Source of the DNA: an uncultured Candidatus Micrarchaeota archaeon
GTDB lineage: Archaea; Micrarchaeota; Micrarchaeia; Micrarchaeales; Micrarchaeaceae
Assembly: GCA_963741095.1 (NCBI GenBank)
Contig: CAVUGN010000005.1
Coordinates: 64,001-128,000, forward strand
Direction: 5' to 3'
Length of the DNA: 64,000 nucleotides
The notes under the pieces were generated by a model. That model was given only the letters and a program-made list of their open reading frames with translations. It did no database searches and had not been told where the DNA came from. The position numbers were made by a program, and so were the translations under genes. Positions 19,512-28,661 of the stretch are shown in pieces; the first letter of the stretch is position 1; each line of letters opens with the position of its first letter.

Positions 19512-20636
19512 TTATCTATTTGCCTTTATATGTAAGAATGGAATATTAATCTCATCACGCGAAAGACCGCCGTGCTCCGCCTTCCAATTCCATCCATGTG
19601 AAGGGAAACTGGGCTTAGTAGCGATTGCGACTATGTCACCAATCTCGTCAAAATGTGATGGGTCAAATCCGAATAACTTTTTAAGTTCTTTATCAGTTCT
19701 TCTAAATACAACACCGGATGAGCCAACTTGTTTTTTAATATCCAAAAAAGCTGCATCTGATTTACTGTATATGTAACGTGCTCTTCCGACACCGCCAGCT
19801 TCACAATAGATAAGATTTTTGATCTTTTCTAAATTTAGCTTCTTTGTATTTTTCTGGTCTATCTGTCCATGATCCGAAACAAAGAGGTAATCATAGCTTG
19901 GATTTTTATTTATGATTTCCGAGATAAGGATGGAGCTCATTTCGAGTAATTTTTGGGTTTTATTATTTTTAACTCCGAATATATGCATTATTTCATCAAA
20001 ATCAACGAAAACGCATAAAACAGAGGGACCCTCTTCTTCTATTAGATTTTCCGCCTTTCTGAAAAGTTCTCTTAGTTCTTCCTTATAATTACGATTATCT
20101 TCAGGTCCGATAAGGGGTATCTTTATACGTAAAGATTCCCCGAGAATTTCATCCCACAAAGACGAGCTTAACCATGGTAGAGCAAGACTCAAGAAGACGG
20201 GGTCTGATTTCGAGTACTCTAAGAACGAATGAATCTTGCCACTTTTTTTATATCGTTTGTTTTTTATTTTTTGGCCGTTCAGGCCAGTAACTCGGTCACT
20301 CATTAGACTAAACAATCCTTTATCTTTGCGGGAATAGAATGCAGTTCCCAATAGTTTATGTTTATCGGGTTTCACGCCAAAAAATATAGAGGGGTATGCG
20401 GTGTATGTCCCAGTAGGGAAGTTGCTATTAAAACATTTTAGATTGCGGAGGTTTATCCTATTATTAAAATGCTTTTTAAATTCGAAATAATTGAGGGAAT
20501 CAAATAAGAAGATGACCTTTTTGGTATCTTTCACCATTTGGCTTTTTAGATACCGACCAATTACATCTGGGGTTTTTTTAGAGTTCGGCACTTCCAATCC
20601 AGAATTGATATTCTTTATTGATTCTCTCTTTACCAT
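19512..20636 (-). CDS. Alkaline-phosphatase-superfamily nucleotide pyrophosphatase/phosphodiesterase
   Basis: FLFDSL, FPTGT, DEIMH, SDHGQ, HGGLS motifs. Confidence 0.85.
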   Translation of the reverse strand: MVKRESIKNINSGLEVPNSKKTPDVIGRYLKSQMVKDTKKVIFLFDSLNYFEFKKHFNNRINLRNLKCFNSNFPTGTYTAYPSIFFGVKPDKHKLLGTAFYSRKDKGLFSLMSDRVTGLNGQKIKNKRYKKSGKIHSFLEYSKSDPVFLSLALPWLSSSLWDEILGESLRIKIPLIGPEDNRNYKEELRELFRKAENLIEEEGPSVLCVFVDFDEIMHIFGVKNNKTQKLLEMSSILISEIINKNPSYDYLFVSDHGQIDQKNTKKLNLEKIKNLIYCEAGGVGRARYIYSKSDAAFLDIKKQVGSSGVVFRRTDKELKKLFGFDPSHFDEIGDIVAIATKPSFPSHGWNWKAEHGGLSRDEINIPFLHIKANR

Positions 20637-21015
20637 ATTAATGATTTGGGGGGTAGTAATTTATATCCGACTCCAGTTTTCCCACCATGTGGGTCAAAAT
20701 TTTCTAGGGAATCTGCTTTAGGGTCATTCTTCAATTATCAAGACCAAAGTATACTTGGCGGCTTCCAATTGGCACTGGATGGACCGTTGCGCTATATCAA
20801 TTTTCAAATCGGAACGCGTACATAAAATTTAGCATGGAGGTATACGGGACCGTCGAAAAGACAACGGCAGCATGCAAATCACGAAGGGCTAAAGAATGGG
20901 GCTATTGGTGAAGGAATGACTGCCGGTATAGTTAGAGGCATATTTGTAGCATGATTCAAAGGGAGAAGGAGATGATTACAGGCAATTCGAATTGTTTGTG
21001 ATGCACTTAGCGGCG

Positions 21016-21870
21016 TTACAACTTTGATGCCCTTTTGGGGTGGAGCGGTTCACTTTTTTCGTTTACTTCTTTTACCACTTTTAGGAGGGAGTTATAGACC
21101 CTGAGTTTAGTAGTTTCGAAGATTAGAGCATTCAAATCTTTCGGCAAACAGCTTCCTCCAAACGGACCTCTGCTCGGATCTAGATGGCTCGAACCAATCC
21201 GCCTATCCAAACCAACTATTTTCATTACACAAATAGGGTCCACATGCATTCGTCTGCATATTACGCCCATCTGATTGGCGAAAGAGACTTTTGTTGCTAA
21301 AAACGAATTGGATGCATATTTTGCAAGTTCTGCGGTATTGGGATCTACTACAATTACGTGTTTTGTGAATCCTTTGTATAAATTGCACAATTTTTTAATC
21401 GCTTTAGTGTCATACCCACCTATAACTATCCTATCTGGATGTAAGAAGTCTTTATATGAATTACTAGCTGTTAAAAACTCTGGATTAAACAGTACTTCAA
21501 CATTTGTAGTTCTCGCTTGCACCATTCTAATTAATTTGTCAGTAGTTCCAACCATAATTGTGGACTTAACTACTATTATCGTCCTTCGCTTACATACGGC
21601 GGCAATTTCCCGAATCATTTTGTAGACTATACTAGAATTGTTGCTACCGTCACGATTTTGGGTGGTTGGTACGCACACAAATATAATTTCGGAGTTATCA
21701 ACTAACTTCTCAAGCTTGTTGTATACCGTATATCCTTTTGTTTTAGCATTCTTAAACGCTACGCATGAGATATCGTATACGCATATGGTATGGCCTAGTT
21801 TTCCAAACCCATTGGCTACTGCTGAGCCAACATAACCAAATCCAACTATCCCAAGGCGCATCGTATTCAA
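21016..21870 (-). CDS. UDP-glucose/GDP-mannose dehydrogenase family (short, lacks C-terminal domain)
   Basis: GFGYVG, VCVPT, KST, NPEFL, FGGSCLPKD. Confidence 0.88.
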   Translation of the reverse strand: MNTMRLGIVGFGYVGSAVANGFGKLGHTICVYDISCVAFKNAKTKGYTVYNKLEKLVDNSEIIFVCVPTTQNRDGSNNSSIVYKMIREIAAVCKRRTIIVVKSTIMVGTTDKLIRMVQARTTNVEVLFNPEFLTASNSYKDFLHPDRIVIGGYDTKAIKKLCNLYKGFTKHVIVVDPNTAELAKYASNSFLATKVSFANQMGVICRRMHVDPICVMKIVGLDRRIGSSHLDPSRGPFGGSCLPKDLNALIFETTKLRVYNSLLKVVKEVNEKSEPLHPKRASKL

Positions 21871-21921
21871 CTCATTTATCTATATATAGGGCGGACATTG
21901 GATGGTAAGCTGGAGTAGTCG

Positions 21922-22013
21922 AGCCAGGAGAGGGATTTTCGTGTTGATATTAACATATCGAACCCCCCTGTGTCGCTCTGCAGGCGACCGCATAGCCTAT
22001 CTGCCATCCTGGC
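21922..22013 (-). tRNA. tRNA-Cys(GCA) with 21-nt T-loop intron (21936-21956)
   Basis: Acceptor GCCAGGA/TCCTGGC-T; anticodon arm GTCGC-CTGCAGA-GCGAC; BHB splicing restores GGGGG-TTCGATT-CCCTC. Confidence 0.9.
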
Positions 22014-22077
22014 CCGTTGCGATTTCTCACTGATGTTATTTATAGTTTCTCTTTTATTATCTTCACGAGGTGAACCA

Positions 22078-23214
22078 ATGGCACTGAACAGGATACCCGA
22101 CGAACTGATATCGAAGACGCTTACGTTTGACTACAAGACGCCGATAACGAAAGTCATACCGGAACTTGTGAAGCACCCGGCCGTGGTCGTGTACAAGAAC
22201 AAGAGCTATCTCGGCATAATAGACTCGAGAACTTTCTACAGGTCCGGCCAGAACCTGAGGCTCGGGAAGACCGAAACGCTTGAGAAGTTCATCACCAAGG
22301 TGCCCCGCATAACCGAGAGCACCTCGGTCGAGGATCTCGTTTATTATTTCTACAGAGCGAGAGTGAAGGCCCTGCCTTATTCCGACGGCAAGAGGATCAT
22401 CGGCGTCCTTGACAGGACGACGCTGCTCAAGATGATGCTCTCCATGGGCATGCTGAAGGACATACAGGTGAGGGAGGCTATGACCACGCCGGTCCTCGCG
22501 ATAGGCAACGACGCGAGCATAACGCAGGCGAAGGCGACGATGCGCGACCAGAAGGTCAACAGGCTGGTTGTACTCGACAACGGCAGGCTCGCAGGCCTGA
22601 TAACCAATCATGACATAGTCCAGGGTTACACTAAAATAGAGGACAGATTGCCGGAGAGGAGCAGCAGGAACTACGGAGCCTCGAACGTCACGGTCAGCGA
22701 CATGATGGAGCGCAACCCGAGGCGCATCGACTACGACAAGAGCCTTACCGACGCGGTGAGGGAGCTGATAGAGAATAACATCTCATCCATTCTTGTGCTG
22801 AGGAAGGGCAGCCCCGCAGGCATGCTAACGGTGATGGACGTCCTCGAAAGCGTCATAGCGAAGAGGAGGATAGAGGAGAGAAGGATATTCATATCCGGGC
22901 TCGACGCGGATTCCTATCAGTACAGCGACGAGATAAACGAGGAGCTGAAAAGCCTGATAGAGAAGGCCGAGAAGATGAACGGCGTGAAGGTCGATTACGT
23001 GACCTTCAGGGTCAAGAAGGTTGGAAACAAATCCTATGAGGTGCAGGTAAGGCTGTCCATAGGGAACAAGGGGATAATCAGCCTGCACACCACCGAACCG
23101 AACTTTGAGGAATCGATGAGGGAGGTCATGGAGAGGCTGAGGAAGATGCTGATAAAGGAGAAGGAGATGATGCAGACTTCAAGGAAGATAAACTTGTACA
23201 GGGAAGCGGAATGA
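22078..23214 (+). CDS. Four-CBS-domain protein with C-terminal HPF/RaiA-like domain (putative ribosome hibernation factor)
   Basis: Two CBS pairs; C-terminal beta-alpha-beta-beta-beta-alpha pattern; GGTGA RBS before ATG 22078. Confidence 0.7.
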   Translation: MALNRIPDELISKTLTFDYKTPITKVIPELVKHPAVVVYKNKSYLGIIDSRTFYRSGQNLRLGKTETLEKFITKVPRITESTSVEDLVYYFYRARVKALPYSDGKRIIGVLDRTTLLKMMLSMGMLKDIQVREAMTTPVLAIGNDASITQAKATMRDQKVNRLVVLDNGRLAGLITNHDIVQGYTKIEDRLPERSSRNYGASNVTVSDMMERNPRRIDYDKSLTDAVRELIENNISSILVLRKGSPAGMLTVMDVLESVIAKRRIEERRIFISGLDADSYQYSDEINEELKSLIEKAEKMNGVKVDYVTFRVKKVGNKSYEVQVRLSIGNKGIISLHTTEPNFEESMREVMERLRKMLIKEKEMMQTSRKINLYREAE

Positions 23215-23693
23215 GCAGCTATCCGAGGAAGAGCAACAACAAGAAGGCGCAGTCGAGCCTGGAACTACTGATAACGCTCTCCTTCGGGCTCATTGTGCTG
23301 CTTCCGATAGTGGCGCTCGCATTCATACAGATGGCGAGCTCCACCTCCACGCTCTCGACGGCCGAGGCGCAAGAAGCAGCCACTAAGCTCGCAAGCATCG
23401 CAACTGCGGTCGGATCACAGGGTTATCCGGCGAAGCAGCTCGTCTTAATCCAGGTTCCGCCGAACATAAACAACATATTCGTCGGTAACACGATGGGCGG
23501 GATAGGCCACGAGATCGTCTTCCTCGTGACAACGAACGCGGGTCCCAGCTACGTGACGGCATACACACCGCTCAACGTCAGCGGATACCTGCAGAACATA
23601 GCGCAGACCGGCACTTACCTTGTCAACGTCAGCGCGCAGAACTCCTGCCCCTCGGTGCCTTCGTCGCCGTGCGTTTATATAAAATCCACGTAA
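23211..23693 (+). CDS. Class III signal peptide (pilin-like) protein
   Basis: KKAQSSLELLI followed by hydrophobic helix. Confidence 0.8.
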   Translation: MSSYPRKSNNKKAQSSLELLITLSFGLIVLLPIVALAFIQMASSTSTLSTAEAQEAATKLASIATAVGSQGYPAKQLVLIQVPPNINNIFVGNTMGGIGHEIVFLVTTNAGPSYVTAYTPLNVSGYLQNIAQTGTYLVNVSAQNSCPSVPSSPCVYIKST

Positions 23694-23718
23694 GGACTCT
23701 TATCCTCAAAAAAGTTTG

Positions 23719-24363
23719 TTATTGGATTCTCAATAGGTAGGTGTTCCTGTAGAGCTTCTTTCCACCCTTTATCGTGGCGAGCGTCGCCGAGAGCTTCGAC
23801 TTCAGCCGCTTCGCCTTCAGGAATTCTGCCGTGAGCTTCTTGTCGCTGACGTAGATGTCGAAGCCGTTCGTCACCTGCTCCGACTTCGCTATGAAGGCGC
23901 CGTTCTTCGCTATGTAGTCGAAGAGCTTCTCCGCGATCTTGTCCGCCTTCACGACGTCGCCGCGCAGCTGGACCAGGGCTTCGTAATAACCTGAGCTTAT
24001 CTTGTAGCAGCGCGGGCATATCTGCTTTATCGGCCGCACGTCCATGGTGGTGTTGAACTTCGCGATCTCGCCGTTCACGTCGCATTCGTACTCGATATCG
24101 ATCTTGTTCTTCAAGAAGCCGGTGACCTTTGCGGTGCAGTCGCGCACGTGGGCGACCGAATTCACCAGCTCGCTCAGCGCCACGTTACCGAGGGGCTTGT
24201 ACTGGCCCTTGACCCTTATGTTGCCGCAGCGCCCGCACCGGTACATGTCGACCGAATTCGCTATCGTGCCGCGTATCTTGTCGGCTGTGCAGAACTCGCA
24301 GATCTCGCCGATGAACTTCACCTCGTCGGAGGACCTGTTGCATATAGGGCAGCGTATTGTCAT
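23719..24363 (-). CDS. nmd3: NMD3-family ribosome biogenesis protein
   Basis: Four CxxC pairs, YYEALVQLRG, GFDIY. Confidence 0.85.
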   Translation of the reverse strand: MTIRCPICNRSSDEVKFIGEICEFCTADKIRGTIANSVDMYRCGRCGNIRVKGQYKPLGNVALSELVNSVAHVRDCTAKVTGFLKNKIDIEYECDVNGEIAKFNTTMDVRPIKQICPRCYKISSGYYEALVQLRGDVVKADKIAEKLFDYIAKNGAFIAKSEQVTNGFDIYVSDKKLTAEFLKAKRLKSKLSATLATIKGGKKLYRNTYLLRIQ

Positions 24364-24381
24364 TCAAATCAGGCTGAGAGA

Positions 24382-25950
24382 TCAGGCGTAGTGCCTGCTT
24401 ATTATGGCGCTGTAGGCCGGCCTTGTTATCATCACTCCGAGAAGCGCGCCTATGATTGTCGATTCGGAGAAGCCGATGACGGTGACCAGCGAGGTGGAGA
24501 AGAACAATGGCAGCATCGCGATTACCAGGAGTATCGCGTCGGCCCAGATTATGTAGAAGGCGTTGCCGAGCAACGTCTTTGCAGAAGTCGTTTCGTGCTT
24601 CCTGCTGAGCATCTCGTCCGTGATTATTATCTGCGCGTCGACTCCCGTTCCTACGACGGCTATCATGCCCGCAACTGCGGAGAGGTCGATGGTGCCTATA
24701 AGGCCTATGATCGACACGATTATGAAGAGCTCCGTGAACGTCGTGAGCAGTATCGGGGCCACCAGGAATAATTTCTTGTACCTGACGACCATGAAGAGGG
24801 ACACCGCGGCGATCGCCAGGAGTCCGGCTATGCCGCTGACGACGAGGAAGTGCTGGCCCAGAGTCGCGGGTATGGTCTCTGGTGTACCAGCTATTATCGC
24901 AACCGGAAGGGCTCCTCCGCTCAGTATGCTTGCGATCGTCTTGGTCTGCTCTTGCGCGAAGACGAGCTTGTTGGCGGCGCTGAGGTGCGACGGAGCGGCT
25001 CCAGAGATCTCGTAGCTCTGGCTGACGTTGCCGTTGGTTATCGCCGGGCTCAAGGCGGGCGAGGAGAGAAGGCCGACTATCGGCCATGAATTGAGGACCG
25101 TGCTGTTCACCGACAGCTTGGTGTACGAGGGGCTCATGTTCGCTGCACCCTCAAGCTTGACAGTGTAGTTTTTGCTATGGAGATAGCCTATCAATGTCTT
25201 GTTTAGGTTGGAGCTCGCTATGACCTGCGTGTACTTGTTCGATGCGAGGAAGCTCTCGGCGCTGATCATGCTCGAGTTGGAGCTGTACACAGCTATGACA
25301 GGTATGGTGCGGTTGCCGAACGCCAGTGCCTTCTGCATCGCGGCCAGAGACTGCGAGCCGCTCAGGCCAACGCTTGCGTTGCCGAGCTGCGATGCATTTA
25401 TGAGCACAAGGGTCGATGACGGGCGGTCGAGGAACATGTACAGGGGCATGTTGCCCTGCCCGAGCACTGCCGTGGCAAAGTGCTTGGCGGCATCCTGTGT
25501 TATGTAGAATGTAACGGACCACTGTACGCTGTTGTTGAACTGCTGCGGGGGTATCTCCCCGATGGTCCCGTGGATTATGTCGGTGCCGTTGACCGCTTCC
25601 CTGCCGTTGACCACGCCATCGAAGGTTCCCTGGCTCTGTATGACGCTGATCGTCTGGTTGACATCGCTCCCGGAGACCGATGGTATTGTTACATAGACGT
25701 GAGTGTCCCCGACTCCTTCGACGGTCACCTGCTTCAGGCCGAAGGTGGAGACCCTCTGCTGCAATGAAGATATCAATGCGGTCATCGCGGTGACGTTTAT
25801 CGAATGCTCCAATGTTATGGGTATCTGCGTCCCTCCGACGAACTCTATTCCGAAGTGTATGCCGTAGTTCAGATCGAGAATGGCCATGGCTGCGACTATG
25901 ACTATCAGGATGAGTATCCTCCTGTCCTTTAGGTAGTCCGTTCTGCTCAT
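24382..25950 (-). CDS. secD: Preprotein translocase SecD
   Basis: GIEFVGGT, LSGGALP, GTGVDAQIIITDE; ATG at 25950 overlaps secF stop. Confidence 0.9.
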   Translation of the reverse strand: MSRTDYLKDRRILILIVIVAAMAILDLNYGIHFGIEFVGGTQIPITLEHSINVTAMTALISSLQQRVSTFGLKQVTVEGVGDTHVYVTIPSVSGSDVNQTISVIQSQGTFDGVVNGREAVNGTDIIHGTIGEIPPQQFNNSVQWSVTFYITQDAAKHFATAVLGQGNMPLYMFLDRPSSTLVLINASQLGNASVGLSGSQSLAAMQKALAFGNRTIPVIAVYSSNSSMISAESFLASNKYTQVIASSNLNKTLIGYLHSKNYTVKLEGAANMSPSYTKLSVNSTVLNSWPIVGLLSSPALSPAITNGNVSQSYEISGAAPSHLSAANKLVFAQEQTKTIASILSGGALPVAIIAGTPETIPATLGQHFLVVSGIAGLLAIAAVSLFMVVRYKKLFLVAPILLTTFTELFIIVSIIGLIGTIDLSAVAGMIAVVGTGVDAQIIITDEMLSRKHETTSAKTLLGNAFYIIWADAILLVIAMLPLFFSTSLVTVIGFSESTIIGALLGVMITRPAYSAIISRHYA

Positions 25951-27095
25951 TGTTTGGCCTCTTTGCTCTGCTTGTGCCACAGCACCAACGGAGTGTCTGC
26001 GCACCAGGTGGTTATGATATCGACAATCAGTCCTATCAGGACGACTCCGGATATCTCGTAGTACGTGGGTATGAACGTCAGGTATGAGACGATGAACAGT
26101 ATTGAGAACGACAGTATCGCGGATATGGTCATGGTCACTCCGGTCTTGAAGGTGCCAAAGGCCCTCTCGGACGAGGTGCCCTCAGTCCTCTTGAGTATCT
26201 TGACAGCAGCCAGCAGGTCCGTGTCTATCGAATAGCCCAGCAGCATCAATATGCCGCCTATCGATGCCACGCCGAGTGGTATTCCAAAAACGGCCATGGC
26301 ACCCAGCGCCACAAGTATGTCGTTCGCAGCGCCGAAGACGACCGTAATGGATGGTATGGGGTCCCTGAAGATGACGAACACTGATATGGCAAGGAGTATG
26401 AACGACCAGATGATTATGTTCTGCATCTGCCCCAGGAAGAACGTTCCCAGCGTGGGGGTCACGGAGTTGTACGAGTAGGATGTGAAGGAGATTATGCTCT
26501 TGAGCGCGGCCACGACCTTGGTCTCGTATGCCGCGGATGAATCGGTGTACGCGCTCTTCGCGAGCGCGAGCATCGCATCCGGGTCTGTTGAGTTGTAGCT
26601 GGTTCCGCTCTGCGGAGGCCCTAGGGCGGTGAGTTCTGCGGCGAGCTGGGCGTCGATTGCGGACAGTGCCTTCAGCCTCTGCTTTGTCGCGTTGGCCGCA
26701 AGCGACTGTATAGTTGAATTGTCAGGCTGGACGGTGAGCCTATTCTGGTACAGCGTCAAGTTCGCGTCGGCCGAGGTGTAGTTGCCGTACGCACCGTATA
26801 TGCTCAGGAGATGGGTCTCCGCGTTGGCCAGGCTGGCGTTCGTGGCTATCGTTATGGAAAGTCCTCCGGGGGACATCTGCACGCTCGCCTCTGCGCCGGG
26901 TATGGCGGAATCGATTGACTGCGTGAGCTGCCTTATGTCGACTATCGAGTTGGTCTGGATCTGGACGTTTATGCCCCCCCTCAGCGAGGTGTCGAGCTGT
27001 ATCTTTGGTATGAAATAGAAGCTTATCAGTAGCAGCGCTATCGGTATGATTATCATCAGCTTGTAATGCTTACTCTCGTATATGTTCGGTAACAT
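25947..27095 (-). CDS. secF: Preprotein translocase SecF
   Basis: LRGG, VTPTLG, GYSIDTDLL, GLIVDIITTW. Confidence 0.9.
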   Translation of the reverse strand: MLPNIYESKHYKLMIIIPIALLLISFYFIPKIQLDTSLRGGINVQIQTNSIVDIRQLTQSIDSAIPGAEASVQMSPGGLSITIATNASLANAETHLLSIYGAYGNYTSADANLTLYQNRLTVQPDNSTIQSLAANATKQRLKALSAIDAQLAAELTALGPPQSGTSYNSTDPDAMLALAKSAYTDSSAAYETKVVAALKSIISFTSYSYNSVTPTLGTFFLGQMQNIIIWSFILLAISVFVIFRDPIPSITVVFGAANDILVALGAMAVFGIPLGVASIGGILMLLGYSIDTDLLAAVKILKRTEGTSSERAFGTFKTGVTMTISAILSFSILFIVSYLTFIPTYYEISGVVLIGLIVDIITTWCADTPLVLWHKQSKEAKQ

Positions 27096-27190
27096 CAAAA
27101 CCAGTGATATTGATAAGGTCAAGAAAATATAAAAAGGAGTGATGAAAAGGCGTTTTCAGCCCTTTCACCAGCTTCTTCAAACTGAAAAGA

Positions 27191-27466
27191 TTATGCGTGC
27201 TTCTTCATCAGCTTCAGGTGCAGCGAGAGCACGAAGCCGTACACTATCACGAACAGTGCCAGCAGCACCATCGCCCAGCCGAAGAATGACATAATGTCAG
27301 CGACGGTCGGGAATGCGGTGAGCAGCAGCACGCCGAGTATGAAGACGAATATGCCCCAGTACACTGCGCGGTACACTTCCCACCCGCTCTGCTTCTCCCT
27401 GAAAAGCGCGTGCTTTTCGATCTGCATCGTCGGGTCAATTGCTATCGTAACTTTCCGTTCAGCCAT
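27191..27466 (-). CDS. Small two-TM membrane protein
   Basis: Two hydrophobic helices; upstream AT-rich promoter-like tract. Confidence 0.65.
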   Translation of the reverse strand: MAERKVTIAIDPTMQIEKHALFREKQSGWEVYRAVYWGIFVFILGVLLLTAFPTVADIMSFFGWAMVLLALFVIVYGFVLSLHLKLMKKHA

Positions 27467-27572
27467 TGCATCACGCGTATATATTAAAACGAAGATTTAA
27501 AAAGACTCGTTTGTTCCGCTAATCGATGCCACTGACGTGCAGTCGGTTTTATCTACTTATACGGCATATTCA

Positions 27573-28373
27573 ATGCGTGGTCGTTTGGTCAGGAGGCTGG
27601 GCAAGAGAAAGAGGCAGGAACGAGAGGAGTACGCCTTCAAGGGGCACAGGACGGTAGATACCGGCATATTCAACGACGAGACGATGGTCTACCTGAGCAA
27701 GTTCTTCGACAAGGGCATCATAAGCAGGATAGTCTTCATAACCGCGAGGGGCAAGGAGGCGGACCTTTATCTTTGCGAGCCGGGCCTATCGGAGACGGTG
27801 AAGAAGGCCAAGTTCGTGGTGCTGAAGTTCTTCCGGATCGAGACCTCGTCGTTCTACACGATGACCGACTACATAATCGGCGATCCCAGGTTCGGAAGGA
27901 TGAACAGGAGCAAGAAGGGCACGATCAAGATATGGTGCAGGAAGGAGTACGGCAATCTTCAGATAGCGAAGGAGGCGGGCGTGAATGCACCAATTCCTTA
28001 CATGTCGAACGGCAGCATTCTGGCAATGGAGTTCATAGGCAGCGACGAGGGAGTGCCGGCGCCTACGCTTAGGCGTTCGGAGCTTACGAACCCGAAGAAG
28101 ACCATGAAAACGATAATAGACGACGTCAGGAAGCTCTACGAAAAGGAGCTGGTGCACGCGGATCTTAGCGAGTACAACATCCTCATGAAAGAGGACACGC
28201 CCTATCTAATCGACTTCGGGCAGGCTGTCGTGATCAGGCACCCCAACGCGATGATGTTCCTTAGGAGGGATGTCAACAACATCCTGCAGTACTTCTCAAG
28301 GCAGTACTGCATAGAAAAGGATCTTGATAGCGTACTGGGTTATGTCACAGGCACAAGAACGGCTTATGACTGA
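27573..28373 (+). CDS. rio1: RIO1-family Ser/Thr kinase
   Basis: GKEA, WCRKEYGNL, HADLSEYNIL, IDFGQ. Confidence 0.92.
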   Translation: MRGRLVRRLGKRKRQEREEYAFKGHRTVDTGIFNDETMVYLSKFFDKGIISRIVFITARGKEADLYLCEPGLSETVKKAKFVVLKFFRIETSSFYTMTDYIIGDPRFGRMNRSKKGTIKIWCRKEYGNLQIAKEAGVNAPIPYMSNGSILAMEFIGSDEGVPAPTLRRSELTNPKKTMKTIIDDVRKLYEKELVHADLSEYNILMKEDTPYLIDFGQAVVIRHPNAMMFLRRDVNNILQYFSRQYCIEKDLDSVLGYVTGTRTAYD

Positions 28374-28660
28374 GGTTTATCATTCTTTGTTGCATCCTCG
28401 ACCGACTTCTTGGCGCTTTTTGCGGCGTCGGAGATTGTAGATTTGTTGTATGCTCCGAGCAGGTTTTTGTAGCTCAATGCTGCAGGATTTCCCCGCGGGC
28501 ACATGTACTGGATGTCGTATCTGAGTGACCGTGCAAGCTCTTCGATTTTGTCGATAGGCACGCCAGTCAGCTTCGTCATGTCAGCCTGCCGGACGAACGC
28601 CTTTATCGCATCGGCTCGCTCCGGAGTCATCCTTCCTTCATTGTTCGCGTTTTTGCCCAT
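28364..28660 (-). CDS. Leader-motif protein, non-ankyrin, last gene of array
   Basis: NEGRMTPERADAIKAFVRQAD leader; TGAGATG coupling to upstream gene. Confidence 0.75.
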   Translation of the reverse strand: MGKNANNEGRMTPERADAIKAFVRQADMTKLTGVPIDKIEELARSLRYDIQYMCPRGNPAALSYKNLLGAYNKSTISDAAKSAKKSVEDATKNDKPQS

Positions 28661-28661
28661 C

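Larger units (their letters stand above)
12659..21934. mobile_element. AT-rich genomic island integrated at 3' end of tRNA-Cys
   Basis: 13-bp direct repeat agccaggagaggg at 12659-12671 and 21922-21934 (tRNA 3' end); abrupt composition shift; no integrase seen. Confidence 0.75.

Noticed and set aside
20640-21010. Possible gene remnant or ncRNA inside the island
   Set aside because: Only short ORFs without recognisable motifs or convincing structure
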